A DNA stretch of 64,000 nucleotides from Spirochaetia bacterium (GTDB taxonomy: Bacteria; Spirochaetota; Spirochaetia; SZUA-6; Bin103), in contig CBDBOV010000006.1 in the NCBI GenBank assembly GCA_965208575.1, forward strand, positions 1,280,001-1,344,000. Reading direction: 5' to 3'. The translations under genes were made by a program, and so were the position numbers. Of the stretch, positions 20,204 to 29,447 are shown one piece after another. Numbering within the stretch: position 1 is the stretch's first letter; each line of letters opens with the position of its first letter. The notes below the pieces were generated by a model. The model saw only the letters and a list, made by a program, of their open reading frames with translations. It had not been told where the DNA came from and did not search any database.

Positions 20204-21111
20204 ACGTGCGCTCCGGGACGCAGGAGCGCGGCGCGGCGCGCGCCTTGCTGCGCCGCTTCATCCGCGAGAAGCGGCTGGGCGCGGTGGGCGCGGTCATCGT
20301 GCTGCTGCTGCTGGTGTGCGGCATCTTCGCCGACCTGCTCGCCCCCTACGGTATGGACGAGAAGAGCCTGCCCGACCGATTCGCGGCCCCGTCGGCGCAG
20401 CACCTGCTCGGCGCCGACCAGGTGGGCCGCGACATTCTCAGCCGCCTGATCTACGGGGCGCGCATCTCGATGCTGGTCGGCCTGGCGGCCACCACCGTCA
20501 CCGTAACGGTGGCGGCGCTGGTCGGGGTGCCGTCCGGCTACTTCGGCGGCCGCTTCGACGTGATCACGCAACGGTTCGTGGACGCCTGGATGTCGTTTCC
20601 CGAGCTCCTGGTGCTGCTGACCGTGATGAGCATGGTGGGCCGCGGGCAACTGCAGATCATCCTGGTCATCGGCATCTTCACCGGCATCCGCTGGACCCGC
20701 GTGGTACGCGGCGCGGTGATCGGCATCAAGGAGAACGACTACTTCGAGGCGGCGCGGGCGGTCGGCCAGCCCCACCTGGGCATCATCGTGCGCCACGTCC
20801 TGCCCAACATCCTGGGCCCGCTGATCGTGATCTACAGCGTCAGCCTGGGCTGGGCAATCCTGGCCGAGGCGAGCCTCAGCTTTCTCGGCTTCGGCCTGCC
20901 CCTGGACGTGCCGAGCTGGGGCGGCATGCTCAGCGGCGAAGGCCGCCGCTACCTGGAACGCAAGCCGGCGCTGGCGATGTGGCCGGGCGTCTGCCTGACC
21001 GTGGTGATCTACGGCATCAACATGCTCGGCGACGCCCTGCGCGACCTGCTCGACCCCCGCCTCGCCGGCCCCGCCCGCGGTGGTGGCCGCGGTGGACCGG
21101 ACGTTGGGTGA
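20200..21111 (+). CDS. Peptide ABC permease (DppC-like)
   Basis: HLLGADQVGRDILSRLIYGARIS, YFEAARAVG, GDALRDLLDP. GTG start overlaps the upstream stop. Confidence 0.9.
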   Translation: MNVRSGTQERGAARALLRRFIREKRLGAVGAVIVLLLLVCGIFADLLAPYGMDEKSLPDRFAAPSAQHLLGADQVGRDILSRLIYGARISMLVGLAATTVTVTVAALVGVPSGYFGGRFDVITQRFVDAWMSFPELLVLLTVMSMVGRGQLQIILVIGIFTGIRWTRVVRGAVIGIKENDYFEAARAVGQPHLGIIVRHVLPNILGPLIVIYSVSLGWAILAEASLSFLGFGLPLDVPSWGGMLSGEGRRYLERKPALAMWPGVCLTVVIYGINMLGDALRDLLDPRLAGPARGGGRGGPDVG

Positions 21112-21258
21112 ACGGGTGCGCGACTTGGAGCGCGACGTTGCCGAGCTGAAGCGATAGCGATTCCCGTGCAGTGGGCGCGATCCGCGAAGCCTGCGTAGCA
21201 GCCCGAGGTGCAGCCCGGAGCGGCTCGACAGTAGCCGGCGCTTTGCTCACCGTGATAC

Positions 21259-22020
21259 CTACGGGCGGGTCGTTCGCCGGGTGTCGCGGTAGTGCTTGCT
21301 CGGCGGCTGCAGGATCTGGCGCTGGCGTTCGGTCACGGCGAGCCCGTCGGCTGCCGGGTAGTTGTGGCTCCAGGCGCCGCCGCGGTGGTGGTACTTGTAG
21401 AACAGGGTGCGGCGCTCGTGGGCGCCGGACCACGGCAGCGGGCCGTGGGTGAGTGCCTCGGTAAACAGGACGGCGGTACCGGCCGGGCCGGTGATGCGCT
21501 CCACGAACGGCTGCCGGCCGGTCAGGTCGCGCAGGTCGCGCCACTCGGCCGGGAACGGGTAGTTGCTCTTGTGGCTGCCGGGCACGCACGCGAAGCCGCC
21601 GTCCTCCGGCCCCACGTCCGCCAGGTTGTAGGCCACCACGAACAACCCGCTGTACATGCGGCCATTGCGGAAGTCGTAGAAGTTCACCCGGTCGAACGGC
21701 GTGCCGCCGCCGTGCAGGGTGGCGCCGATCGGGCTCAGGCCGCTGCGGATCATGTCCAGGTAGACGTGATCGACGCGGAACCCGTCGCCCAGTATCTCGG
21801 TCAGGTGCGGCATCACCGGCGGGTTGTCGAGCAGGTCCACGAACGGCTGCCCCCAGGTCAACGGATTCATGAACCGGTGGGTGGCCTCATCCGGCCCCAT
21901 CCCGCGCGCGACATGTTCATCGAGCGCGGCGTTCAGACTCGCGACCTGGCCGGCGGTCAGCGCATCCGGAACCACCAGGTAGCCCTGCAGATCGAACAGG
22001 TACCGCTCTTGATCGGTCAT
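21259..22020 (-). CDS. Phytanoyl-CoA dioxygenase (PhyH) family protein
   Basis: YLFDLQGYL, LHGG, GGFACVPGSHK, FTEALTHG, RRTLFYKY. Confidence 0.88.
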   Translation of the reverse strand: MTDQERYLFDLQGYLVVPDALTAGQVASLNAALDEHVARGMGPDEATHRFMNPLTWGQPFVDLLDNPPVMPHLTEILGDGFRVDHVYLDMIRSGLSPIGATLHGGGTPFDRVNFYDFRNGRMYSGLFVVAYNLADVGPEDGGFACVPGSHKSNYPFPAEWRDLRDLTGRQPFVERITGPAGTAVLFTEALTHGPLPWSGAHERRTLFYKYHHRGGAWSHNYPAADGLAVTERQRQILQPPSKHYRDTRRTTRP

Positions 22021-22169
22021 CCGTCACGCTCCTCCATGCATTGCGCCGCACGTCACCAGGGCCACCCGACGCGTGCCGTCCGCAGAGGCGCGGCTCGCAC
22101 TCCACTCGACCATCCTGCACACCCGCGTGTCAAGCACTCGGGCGCTGTCAATTATTGTAGTATATTGCA

Positions 22170-23342
22170 TTGTTGTCATCGGATAATCGACATTACATTG
22201 AACGTCTGAAGCTTGTTCGGACGATCCGGCAGAATCTTGCCGAGGCCCCGATCGTTGCGTTGCTTGGAGCCCGGCAGGTCGGCAAGACGACACTCGCCCG
22301 GCAGGTCGCCGGCGGCTGGCCGGGCGGATCGGTGGTATTCGACCTGGAACGTGCTGCGGTGCGGGAGGCGCTGTCGAGTACTCCCGAGCGGTTGCTGGGC
22401 GGCCGCGAGGGCCTCGTGGTGATCGACGAAGTGCAGCGCCTGCCAACCCTGTTCGAAACGCTGCGCCCGATCGCCGACGACCCGGCACGGAAGGCGGTCT
22501 TCCTCCTGCTCGGCAGTGCGTCCTGGGACCTGGTTCGCGGGATCTCCGAGACCCTCGCGGGCCGGATCCTGTTCGTGGACGTGGGCGGATTCTCCCTGGC
22601 CGAAGTGGGGCCGGCAGGTCAGGACCGGCTCTGGATGCGCGGCGGATTTCCGCGCGCCTGGCTGGCTCCGTCGGCGCCGGCGTGGACCCGGTGGATGCGA
22701 TCCTTCACGCGCACGTTCCTGGAGCGCGACATTCCCGGCCTGGGCTCGAGGGTGGCTCCCGAAGCACTCGGTCGCTTCTGGCGGATGCTCGCGCACCGGC
22801 ACGGCCAGCTCTGGAACGCCAGCGAACTCGCCCGGTCGATGGCCATGAGCGTGACCTCCGTAAACCACTACCGGGACCTGCTCGCCGGCACTTTCATGAT
22901 CCGCGTGCTGCCGCCGTGGTTCGAGAACGTCGGCAAACGCCTGGTCAAGTCGCCGCGGGTCTTCCTGCGCGACAGCGGCATCGTGCACTCGCTGCTCGGC
23001 ATCGACGATCCCGAACAGTTGCCGATGCACCCGGTCTACGGTGCAAGTTGGGAGGGGTTCGCGGTGGAACAGACGCTCCTTGCCCACGGCGGGCACGAGG
23101 CGTATTTCTACCGCACCCAGCGCGGTGCGGAGCTCGACCTGATGCTGCTGCGCGGCGGCAAGCGGTTCGGATTCGAGTTCAAGTGTTCCGACGCACCCCG
23201 GACGACCCGTTCGATGCACCTGGTATCCGACGACCTCGGGCTCGCCCACCTCTGGGTGATCTATCCCGGTGACCTGGAGTACCCCCTCGGCAACCGAATC
23301 ACCGCCCTCCCCCTCAAGCAGATCCCCGATCTCCGACTGTAG
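22170..23342 (+). CDS. AAA_14 ATPase with DUF4143 (C-terminal nuclease-like) domain
   Basis: GARQVGKTT, IDEVQ, LLGSAS, SETLAGR, GGFP, VKSPRVFLRDSG, YRTQRGAELDL, FEFK. Exact start uncertain. Confidence 0.9.
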   Translation: MLSSDNRHYIERLKLVRTIRQNLAEAPIVALLGARQVGKTTLARQVAGGWPGGSVVFDLERAAVREALSSTPERLLGGREGLVVIDEVQRLPTLFETLRPIADDPARKAVFLLLGSASWDLVRGISETLAGRILFVDVGGFSLAEVGPAGQDRLWMRGGFPRAWLAPSAPAWTRWMRSFTRTFLERDIPGLGSRVAPEALGRFWRMLAHRHGQLWNASELARSMAMSVTSVNHYRDLLAGTFMIRVLPPWFENVGKRLVKSPRVFLRDSGIVHSLLGIDDPEQLPMHPVYGASWEGFAVEQTLLAHGGHEAYFYRTQRGAELDLMLLRGGKRFGFEFKCSDAPRTTRSMHLVSDDLGLAHLWVIYPGDLEYPLGNRITALPLKQIPDLRL

Positions 23343-23462
23343 CGTTCCAAAGGAGGTTGGTGGCGCCGCAGCACCTCCTCGCCTGTCACCACCGCGGCTG
23401 ACTGCCGCTCGACGCGCCCTGCTACTGGATGCTCACACACCGGCAGGCGCGGCCGGCCGGCG

Positions 23463-23906
23463 TTGACCGCGTTGACCCGCGTTGACCACTCCCACTTGCT
23501 CCGCGTCGCGGAGATGCAGAGGGCATCTGCAGATGCGACGCATCCCGCACACGGCGCGGCGCTGCGATTCATGACCAGAAAGCACTATCGGCACGTATAC
23601 AGTCCCCGCCCCGATCACTACTATATGTCACCGGATCCTGGAGAGACCGTCTACCGATCGTTAGTTGAGGTATGCGGGAAGGAGAACGTGAAACATCATG
23701 TCAACTATGATGTCGGCGGACTACCTGACTTTCCGGTTGAACTGGACGAAGAAGTGGTGGTTTCAGCTTCGTCAGTGTCGGATGTGCTGCAACAAAATAT
23801 GCCGCTAAGTTTCGATTCCGTTTTCGTGGCGCCAGAGGTGGCCAGTCACGCACGTGGTTATCTGAAAGTCAACACACGAAGGATACTTGAAGGAAGTTCA
23901 TCATGA
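23463..23906 (+). pseudogene. Probable C-terminal remnant of an HD-domain phosphohydrolase (HD motif absent)
   Basis: Lower GC, no credible start, no HD motif. Stop overlaps a YwgA-like gene, the usual partner of HD dNTPase-like genes. Confidence 0.5.
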
Positions 23907-24475
23907 ATCATGAGAAGGCGTTAGATTCAACTCGCAATGCAGCAGTTATCGGCGTCTTGGTTGCGGAGTTGAGGAAGGCGGATAACTGGTGTGGCGAGAC
24001 CCATGTTCAGAAGGCCGTGTACTTCCTGCAGACTGCTTGTCGGGTACCGATGGGCTATTCGTTCGTACTCTACAAGCATGGACCTTATTCGTTCGACCTT
24101 AGGGTGGATACAGCAAGGCTATTGGGACGCCGCATGTTGAAGCAGGAGCCGTCAACCCCACCCTACGGGCCTCGACTGAAAGCCACCACGATCATGACAA
24201 AGCATGTGGAACGCCACCGTGAAGCGATCTTTCACCACCTGGAGGAGGTCACACGTGTAGTCCAGTTTGTTGGTAGGCGGGGAGTTGGCGAACTGGAGAG
24301 GCTGTCAACGGCGCTCTACGTCACCATCCAACAAGACAAACATTCGATGGAATCCCGAGCGGAACGTTTACATCACCTGAAGCCGCATGTCTCGGTAGAA
24401 TCCGCGACCGCGGCAGTCAGGGAACTTGACGCATCGTCCATCTTCAAGAGCCCGTACTCTGGTGCCTCTGGATAG
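23903..24475 (+). CDS. YwgA/SocA(DUF4065)-like protein
   Basis: GETHVQKAVYFLQ..FVLYKHGPYSFDL..LERLST. Confidence 0.7.
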   Translation: MNHEKALDSTRNAAVIGVLVAELRKADNWCGETHVQKAVYFLQTACRVPMGYSFVLYKHGPYSFDLRVDTARLLGRRMLKQEPSTPPYGPRLKATTIMTKHVERHREAIFHHLEEVTRVVQFVGRRGVGELERLSTALYVTIQQDKHSMESRAERLHHLKPHVSVESATAAVRELDASSIFKSPYSGASG

Positions 24476-24530
24476 ATCCGAAGTGTAGGGAGCACCCCAC
24501 CGGCGTGCGGCCGGCGCAGTAGTAGTTGTT

Positions 24531-24982
24531 GGTGAGCCGATTACGCCACCGACCAGTATCGAAGAGATCGATACGCCCCATGGGTATACTCTGGTGTCCG
24601 TCCCCTTGATCCGCCTGTCGGGCCGTAGCGTGCAAGCGAATCTCACGCTCGACGAAGGCGTTGCAGCGTTCATCGACGGCGGAGCGCGACGCCGGAAGAT
24701 GACACGGACCGCCTACATCGAATGGATGGCTCGGCGAATCGCCCAGGCCGGCGGATAACTGGATCAGGTTCTCCCCAAAGCAATACTGACCGCGGCTGCC
24801 CACGTGTCGTGGCTTCCCAAGCTGCTGGAGAAAGGTGGCGTGGTGGAGCAGCTCGATGCCGTCTTCGGTGATGCGGTCGTGGGGGTCCAGGGAGACGACG
24901 ATGCGGCGGCCGGTCTCCGGGTGATCGGCATTCAGCTCGCGCAGCCCCTTGGCGTGATCGGCGCGCACCCGGCTGACCGCCT
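24531..24982 (+). repeat. Diverged direct repeat of 28624-29089 (3' part of hicB, spacer, 3' tip of AAA-DUF4143 gene)
   Basis: Long near-identical alignment, e.g. tccccttgatccgcctgtcgggccgtagcgtgc and gcagccccttggcgtgatcggcgcgcacccggctgaccgcct. Confidence 0.93.
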
Positions 24983-25123
24983 GTCTACGCTGAAGACTCG
25001 GCCGGCTCGGTGGTGATGAACCACGCTCTTCCAGAATCCGGGGCAGATGTCGAACGAGTAGTACAGATTCTTCGCCGTGATGAAGACGTCCGAATCTACG
25101 ATGTACGTCAGATCCACCCTCAC
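24983..25123 (-). pseudogene. DUF4411 (PIN-like) gene truncated by the repeat
   Basis: YIVDSDVFITAKNLYYSFDICPGFW..VFSVDR then runs into the AAA repeat. Confidence 0.8.
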
Positions 25124-26274
25124 GGGAGACTCACGCCCAGTCGACGGGCGTACTTCTGAAACGTTCCTCCGCGCAGCCCTGTCAGGTCATAGGCTTCCTT
25201 GAAACCGATACGGCCCTCCATCGCCGCACGCAGCACCTGCGTCGCAAACAGTTCGCCTATACGCGTGTTCTGGTTGTTGTAGAAGTCGCCGCCTCCACTC
25301 GGTTCGGCGCCACTCTCCTTGCGGTTCGGACTGACGTAGCGCTCGTAGAACTCGGCAAAGGTGTTGCGCTCAACCAGATGCAGGTCGAGAGCACGGCGGG
25401 CGGCAACCACGGGGCTTACCTTGAACCTTCGGGCGAGAGCATCGAAGGGCTTGCCCTGGCGTCTGACTTCTGCCCAACGCGCTCTAACCTCCTGTGCTGG
25501 CGCAAGGAACTCCGCCGCCGCTCGGTTGCACCAGTCCTCCACGTTCGTGCCGCGGGGGAGCAGACCATCAAAGCCGGAGACGCCTTCCGAGCCGAGCCAT
25601 ACGTGCGCCAACTCGTGAGCAAGCGTGAACATCTGTGCCGACTTCGCGTCGGCACCGTTCACGAAGATCAGCGGCGCATGGGAATCGGTAAGCGCGAAGC
25701 CGCGGAATTCCTCTACGCTCAGCCGGCGCGAGGTGTTGTTGCCCACGACCCCATTTATCACAGCCATCACGCCGAGTTGCTCGATCGTGCGGCGCAACTC
25801 GCTCACTGCGACCTGCCAAGTGGCCACTTCCACGCCCCATCCTTCGCCGAGACCGAGCGTCCGTCGCATCTCGCGACCCACAACTTCCGGCTCATCGGCA
25901 AGCCGGGCACTTGCCACGAACGTCAGCGGGGCCACGTCGTTCTCGACGAGGGTTTCCCGTAGCCACTCCTGCCGACGTTGCATCGTGTAGAGCGTGTCGA
26001 GCAAATCGGGGCTCGGCGTGCCTCGCGTCGTGCCCGCCACGGTGCGATAGTCAGGCACTGGAAGGCGTTCGGCCGGGGGCTCGGGGAGGAAAAGGTAGCC
26101 GAACGGCGTATGAGTGAGTTTGGCAAGCTTCTCCAGCTGCTTCAGCGTTGGTTGTCCCTCGCGCCGGACCCAGGCCGGGAGTTGTGGCATGCGCTTGGCA
26201 AGGCGCGCAACGTCGAAGCCGGCACGTTCACAGGCCCAGCGAAGCATCTCCGGCGACACGGGGACGCGCGTCAT
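25120..26274 (-). CDS. XRE-HTH + ImmA/IrrE metallopeptidase
   Basis: MLRWACERAG..PTLKQLEKLA, EFRGFAL, FTLAHELAH, EDWCNRAAAEFL. Confidence 0.92.
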   Translation of the reverse strand: MTRVPVSPEMLRWACERAGFDVARLAKRMPQLPAWVRREGQPTLKQLEKLAKLTHTPFGYLFLPEPPAERLPVPDYRTVAGTTRGTPSPDLLDTLYTMQRRQEWLRETLVENDVAPLTFVASARLADEPEVVGREMRRTLGLGEGWGVEVATWQVAVSELRRTIEQLGVMAVINGVVGNNTSRRLSVEEFRGFALTDSHAPLIFVNGADAKSAQMFTLAHELAHVWLGSEGVSGFDGLLPRGTNVEDWCNRAAAEFLAPAQEVRARWAEVRRQGKPFDALARRFKVSPVVAARRALDLHLVERNTFAEFYERYVSPNRKESGAEPSGGGDFYNNQNTRIGELFATQVLRAAMEGRIGFKEAYDLTGLRGGTFQKYARRLGVSLP

Positions 26275-26424
26275 GCCCGTCTCCCCGCGGCACCAACCCG
26301 ACTGGACCGGACGTGGAACACACCGCCACAGTCCTTGCCCGATTCTTCGACGATCACGGTCATTCCGGCGGACCTCGGAATCCTATCAATGATCGGCTGC
26401 TTGCGCCTGCCCGCGGCCCGAACT

Positions 26425-27576
26425 TCAGAACAGCGCGCCTTCCCAGAGCTGCTGGAGGAAGGTGGCGTGGTAGAGCAGGTCGATGCCGTCTTCGGTGGTG
26501 CGGTCGTGGGGGTCCAGGGACACGACGATGCGGCGGCCGGTCTCCGGGTGATCGGCCTTCAACTCGCGCAGCCCCTTGGCGTGATCGGCGCGCACCCGGC
26601 TCACCGCCTTCGCCTCCACCGCGCAATCGATGTGGTTGACCACGAAGTCGACTTCGATGCCCGAACTGAGCCGCCAGTAGAAGAAGTCGGCGTAGCGCGC
26701 CCGGTACGAGTTGTAGCAGCACAGCTCGTGGAACACCCAGTTCTCGAATGCCTTGCCAAACAGCTCGCCGCCCGGCTGCAGCGCCCCGCGCCGGGCCAGG
26801 AAGTTCACCACCCCCACGTCCCCGAAGTAGAACTTCGGCGCCGCCACCACCCGCCGCTTCGGCCGCCTGCGGTACGCGGGCAGGAACCGACCCAGGAGCG
26901 TGTCCTCCAGGATCTCGAAGTAGCCCCGCACCGTCTGGCTGGAGGTGCCGGTGTCGCGCGCGATGGTCGTGTAGTTCACCACGTCACCGTCGGAGAGGGC
27001 GGCGAGCGCGAGGAAGTCCGCGTAGGCGGGCAGGCGCCGCACCAGACCCTCCGCAGCGATCTCCTCCTTCAGGTACTGGGAGACGTATGCGTCGAGCAGC
27101 GGCAGCGGGCGCTCGGCGTCGTATATGGGCGGCAGGTATCCGTGGTTCAGCAGTCGGACCAGGTCGACTCCCGGTCCGATCTCCATCGCCGACAGCCCAT
27201 GCAGCTCGCGCCGCTCGCCGCGCCCGCCGAGGAGGTTTGCCTGCCCGCGCCGCACCTTGCGCGCGCTCGATCCACACAACGCGAAGTGCACGCCGCGCCG
27301 CTCCATGAGCCAGTGCACCACATCGAGCAGCTCCGGCACCTTCTGGACCTCGTCGATTACGATGAATCCGGCACCATGCCGGTGCTGCTCCTCGATCAGC
27401 AGTTCCGGAGTCTGCAGATAGCGCCGGTAGGTCGCCGGCAACAGCAGGTCGACCCACGGCACGCCGGGAAACTCGGCTCGGAGCAACGTGCTCTTGCCCG
27501 ATTGCCGCGGCCCCCAAAGGAAGAACGTCCCCTGTGGATCCCCACGCAACCCGAGCAATCTCGTGTACTCTCCCAT
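26425..27576 (-). CDS. AAA_14 ATPase with DUF4143 domain (intact copy)
   Basis: GPRQSGKST, IDEVQK, CGSSARK, APKFYFGDVG, YWRLSSGIEVDF, VEAK. Confidence 0.92.
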   Translation of the reverse strand: MGEYTRLLGLRGDPQGTFFLWGPRQSGKSTLLRAEFPGVPWVDLLLPATYRRYLQTPELLIEEQHRHGAGFIVIDEVQKVPELLDVVHWLMERRGVHFALCGSSARKVRRGQANLLGGRGERRELHGLSAMEIGPGVDLVRLLNHGYLPPIYDAERPLPLLDAYVSQYLKEEIAAEGLVRRLPAYADFLALAALSDGDVVNYTTIARDTGTSSQTVRGYFEILEDTLLGRFLPAYRRRPKRRVVAAPKFYFGDVGVVNFLARRGALQPGGELFGKAFENWVFHELCCYNSYRARYADFFYWRLSSGIEVDFVVNHIDCAVEAKAVSRVRADHAKGLRELKADHPETGRRIVVSLDPHDRTTEDGIDLLYHATFLQQLWEGALF

Positions 27577-27651
27577 GATAACTTGAATATTACATGAAAA
27601 TCGAAAGTTCCGCTACGCACGCATGCACGAACAACCGCTGACGACACGATT

Positions 27652-27887
27652 CGGCGGCGGTTCCGGGGAGCCCCTGCACGCGCGGCCTCCGGTGGATGGG
27701 TGCTTGCGCCGATGAGCAGGTCACCCATCAACGGCCCCTCGCGCATTTCAGCGGCCCGGCTCGGGCACTCGAGCACGGAACAGGAGCGCGGTGCCGCGCT
27801 CGCGGTGGCCGCCGACCGCGGCGGGAACGAACAACGCTTCGCCGTCGCGGCACTCTCCAACGAGCGTCCCTGTGCGTCTGCGGTCGT
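27652..27887 (-). repeat. Diverged, frameshifted copy of the manA 3' end plus downstream spacer (matches about 29349-29587)
   Basis: gtcacccatcaacggccc..gcgcatttcagcg..ccggctcgggcact..gagcacggaacag..gccgaccgcggcgggaacgaaca shared. 2-nt insertion (cactctccaacg vs cactccaacg). Confidence 0.92.
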
Positions 27888-27894
27888 TCCACTG

Positions 27895-28066
27895 GGGCGT
27901 CGGCGCATCTCCGGCGGAGCCCTCACGACGAGATCGACGGGATTCTCGACCTCACTCTGCGCGCGATTTCGAGAGCTTGCGCGATGCCGGTGCTGCTGCG
28001 CTCCATGATTACGAGCAAGTCGACATCCGAGTCCTCGGAAGCCGTGCCGTAGGCATGAGAGCCGAA
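27895..28066 (-). pseudogene. Minimal nucleotidyltransferase (MNT antitoxin-like) remnant
   Basis: Manual translation FGSHAYGTASEDSDVDLLVI..ALEIARR, frameshift, then PVDLVVR. No start codon. Confidence 0.75.
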
Positions 28067-28251
28067 TGCTCGCCGGCCCGCAGGCCGCCGACCTGGCCGC
28101 GCCCTGAGCGACGGCTACGTCAACGTCCCCCTCGGCCCCGGCTTCGGCGTCACCCTGGGACGAAGCCAAGATCCGCACCCACGAACTCCCCAAGCCCCAC
28201 GGACGCCGGCTGTCCGGGCCCAGAAGTCCGTGCTAATATATGCACGCGGCG

Positions 28252-28440
28252 ATGGTTGAAACCAGGACCAGCGACGTCAGGCGTCGATTGCTGAGGGATG
28301 AGTGGTACCTCGATCGCCACGGAGCCAACCACGACATCTATCGGCATCCGACGATCAAGGGCATTATCACGTTGCCCCGCCACAAGCAACTCTCGGTCGG
28401 GGTCGCGCGGTCGATTGCCAAGCAAGCTGGCTGGTCGTAG
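28252..28440 (+). CDS. hicA: HicA-family toxin
   Basis: RRLLRDEWYLDRHGANHDIYRHP..ITLPRH..GVARSIAKQAGW. Confidence 0.85.
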   Translation: MVETRTSDVRRRLLRDEWYLDRHGANHDIYRHPTIKGIITLPRHKQLSVGVARSIAKQAGWS

Positions 28441-28449
28441 GGCCGGCCC

Positions 28450-28851
28450 ATGGAGGATGTGCGCGTGACCAGATATCCAGCCTGGATCGACGGAGAGCGA
28501 GGCTCCTATGGCGTCTCGTTTCCTGATCTCCCCGGCATCGTCGCCATGGGCACGACGGTGGACGAGGCATTGCTGCATGCCGAGGAATCACTACGCGACT
28601 ACGTGATCGAGACCGAGAGAGACGGTGAGCCGATCACGCCACCGACCAGTATCGAAGAGATCGAAACGCCCACCGGTTATACCCTGGTCTCCGTCCCCTT
28701 GATCCGCCTGTCGGGCCGTAGCGTGCGTGCGAATCTCACGCTCGACGAGGGCGTTGCAGCGTTCATCGACGGCGAAGCGCGACGCCGGAAGATGACACGG
28801 ACCGCCTACATCGAATGGATGGCTCGGCGCATCGCCCAGGCCGGCGGATAA
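28450..28851 (+). CDS. hicB: HicB-family antitoxin with C-terminal RHH
   Basis: YGVSFPDLPGIVAMGTTVDEAL..RANLTLDEG..ID..ARRRKMTR. Confidence 0.9.
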   Translation: MEDVRVTRYPAWIDGERGSYGVSFPDLPGIVAMGTTVDEALLHAEESLRDYVIETERDGEPITPPTSIEEIETPTGYTLVSVPLIRLSGRSVRANLTLDEGVAAFIDGEARRRKMTRTAYIEWMARRIAQAGG

Positions 28852-28904
28852 CCGGATCAGACTCTCCCAAGCACGACTGACCGCGGCTGCCCACATGGAG
28901 TGGC

Positions 28905-29350
28905 TCAGAACAGCGCGCCTTGCCAGAGCTGCTCCAGGAAGGTGGTGTGGTGGAGCAGCTCGATGCCGTCCTCCGTGGTGCGGTCGTGGGGGTCCAGGGA
29001 CACCACGATGCGGCGGCCGGTCTCGGGATGATCGGCCTTCAGCTCGCGCAGCCCCTTGGCGTGATCGGCGCGCACCCGGCTGACCGCCTTTGTCTCCACC
29101 GCGCACTCGATGTGGTTGACCACGAAATCCACTTCGATGCCCGAACTGAGCCGCCAGTAGAACAAGTCGGCGTAGCGCGCCCGGTACGAGTTGTAGCAGC
29201 ACAGCTCGTGGAACACCCAGTTCTCGAATGCCTTGCCGAACAGCTCGCCGCCCGGCTGCAGCGCCCCGCGTCTGGCCAGGAAATTCACCACTCCCACGTC
29301 GGAGCAACGTGCTCTTGCCCGATTGTCGCGGCCCCCAAAGGAAGAACGTC
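28905..29350 (-). pseudogene. Deleted copy of the AAA-DUF4143 gene 26425-27576
   Basis: Walker A segment (FFLWGPRQSGKSTLL) is joined directly to the last ~130 codons. About 660 bp internal loss plus loss of the start and promoter. Confidence 0.9.
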
Positions 29351-29447
29351 GGCGTCGGTCCCGGGGAGATTCTGCACGCGCGCGGGCTCTGCTGGGTCGG
29401 TGCTTGCGCCGATGTGCGGGTCACCCATCAACGGCCCGTCGCGCATT

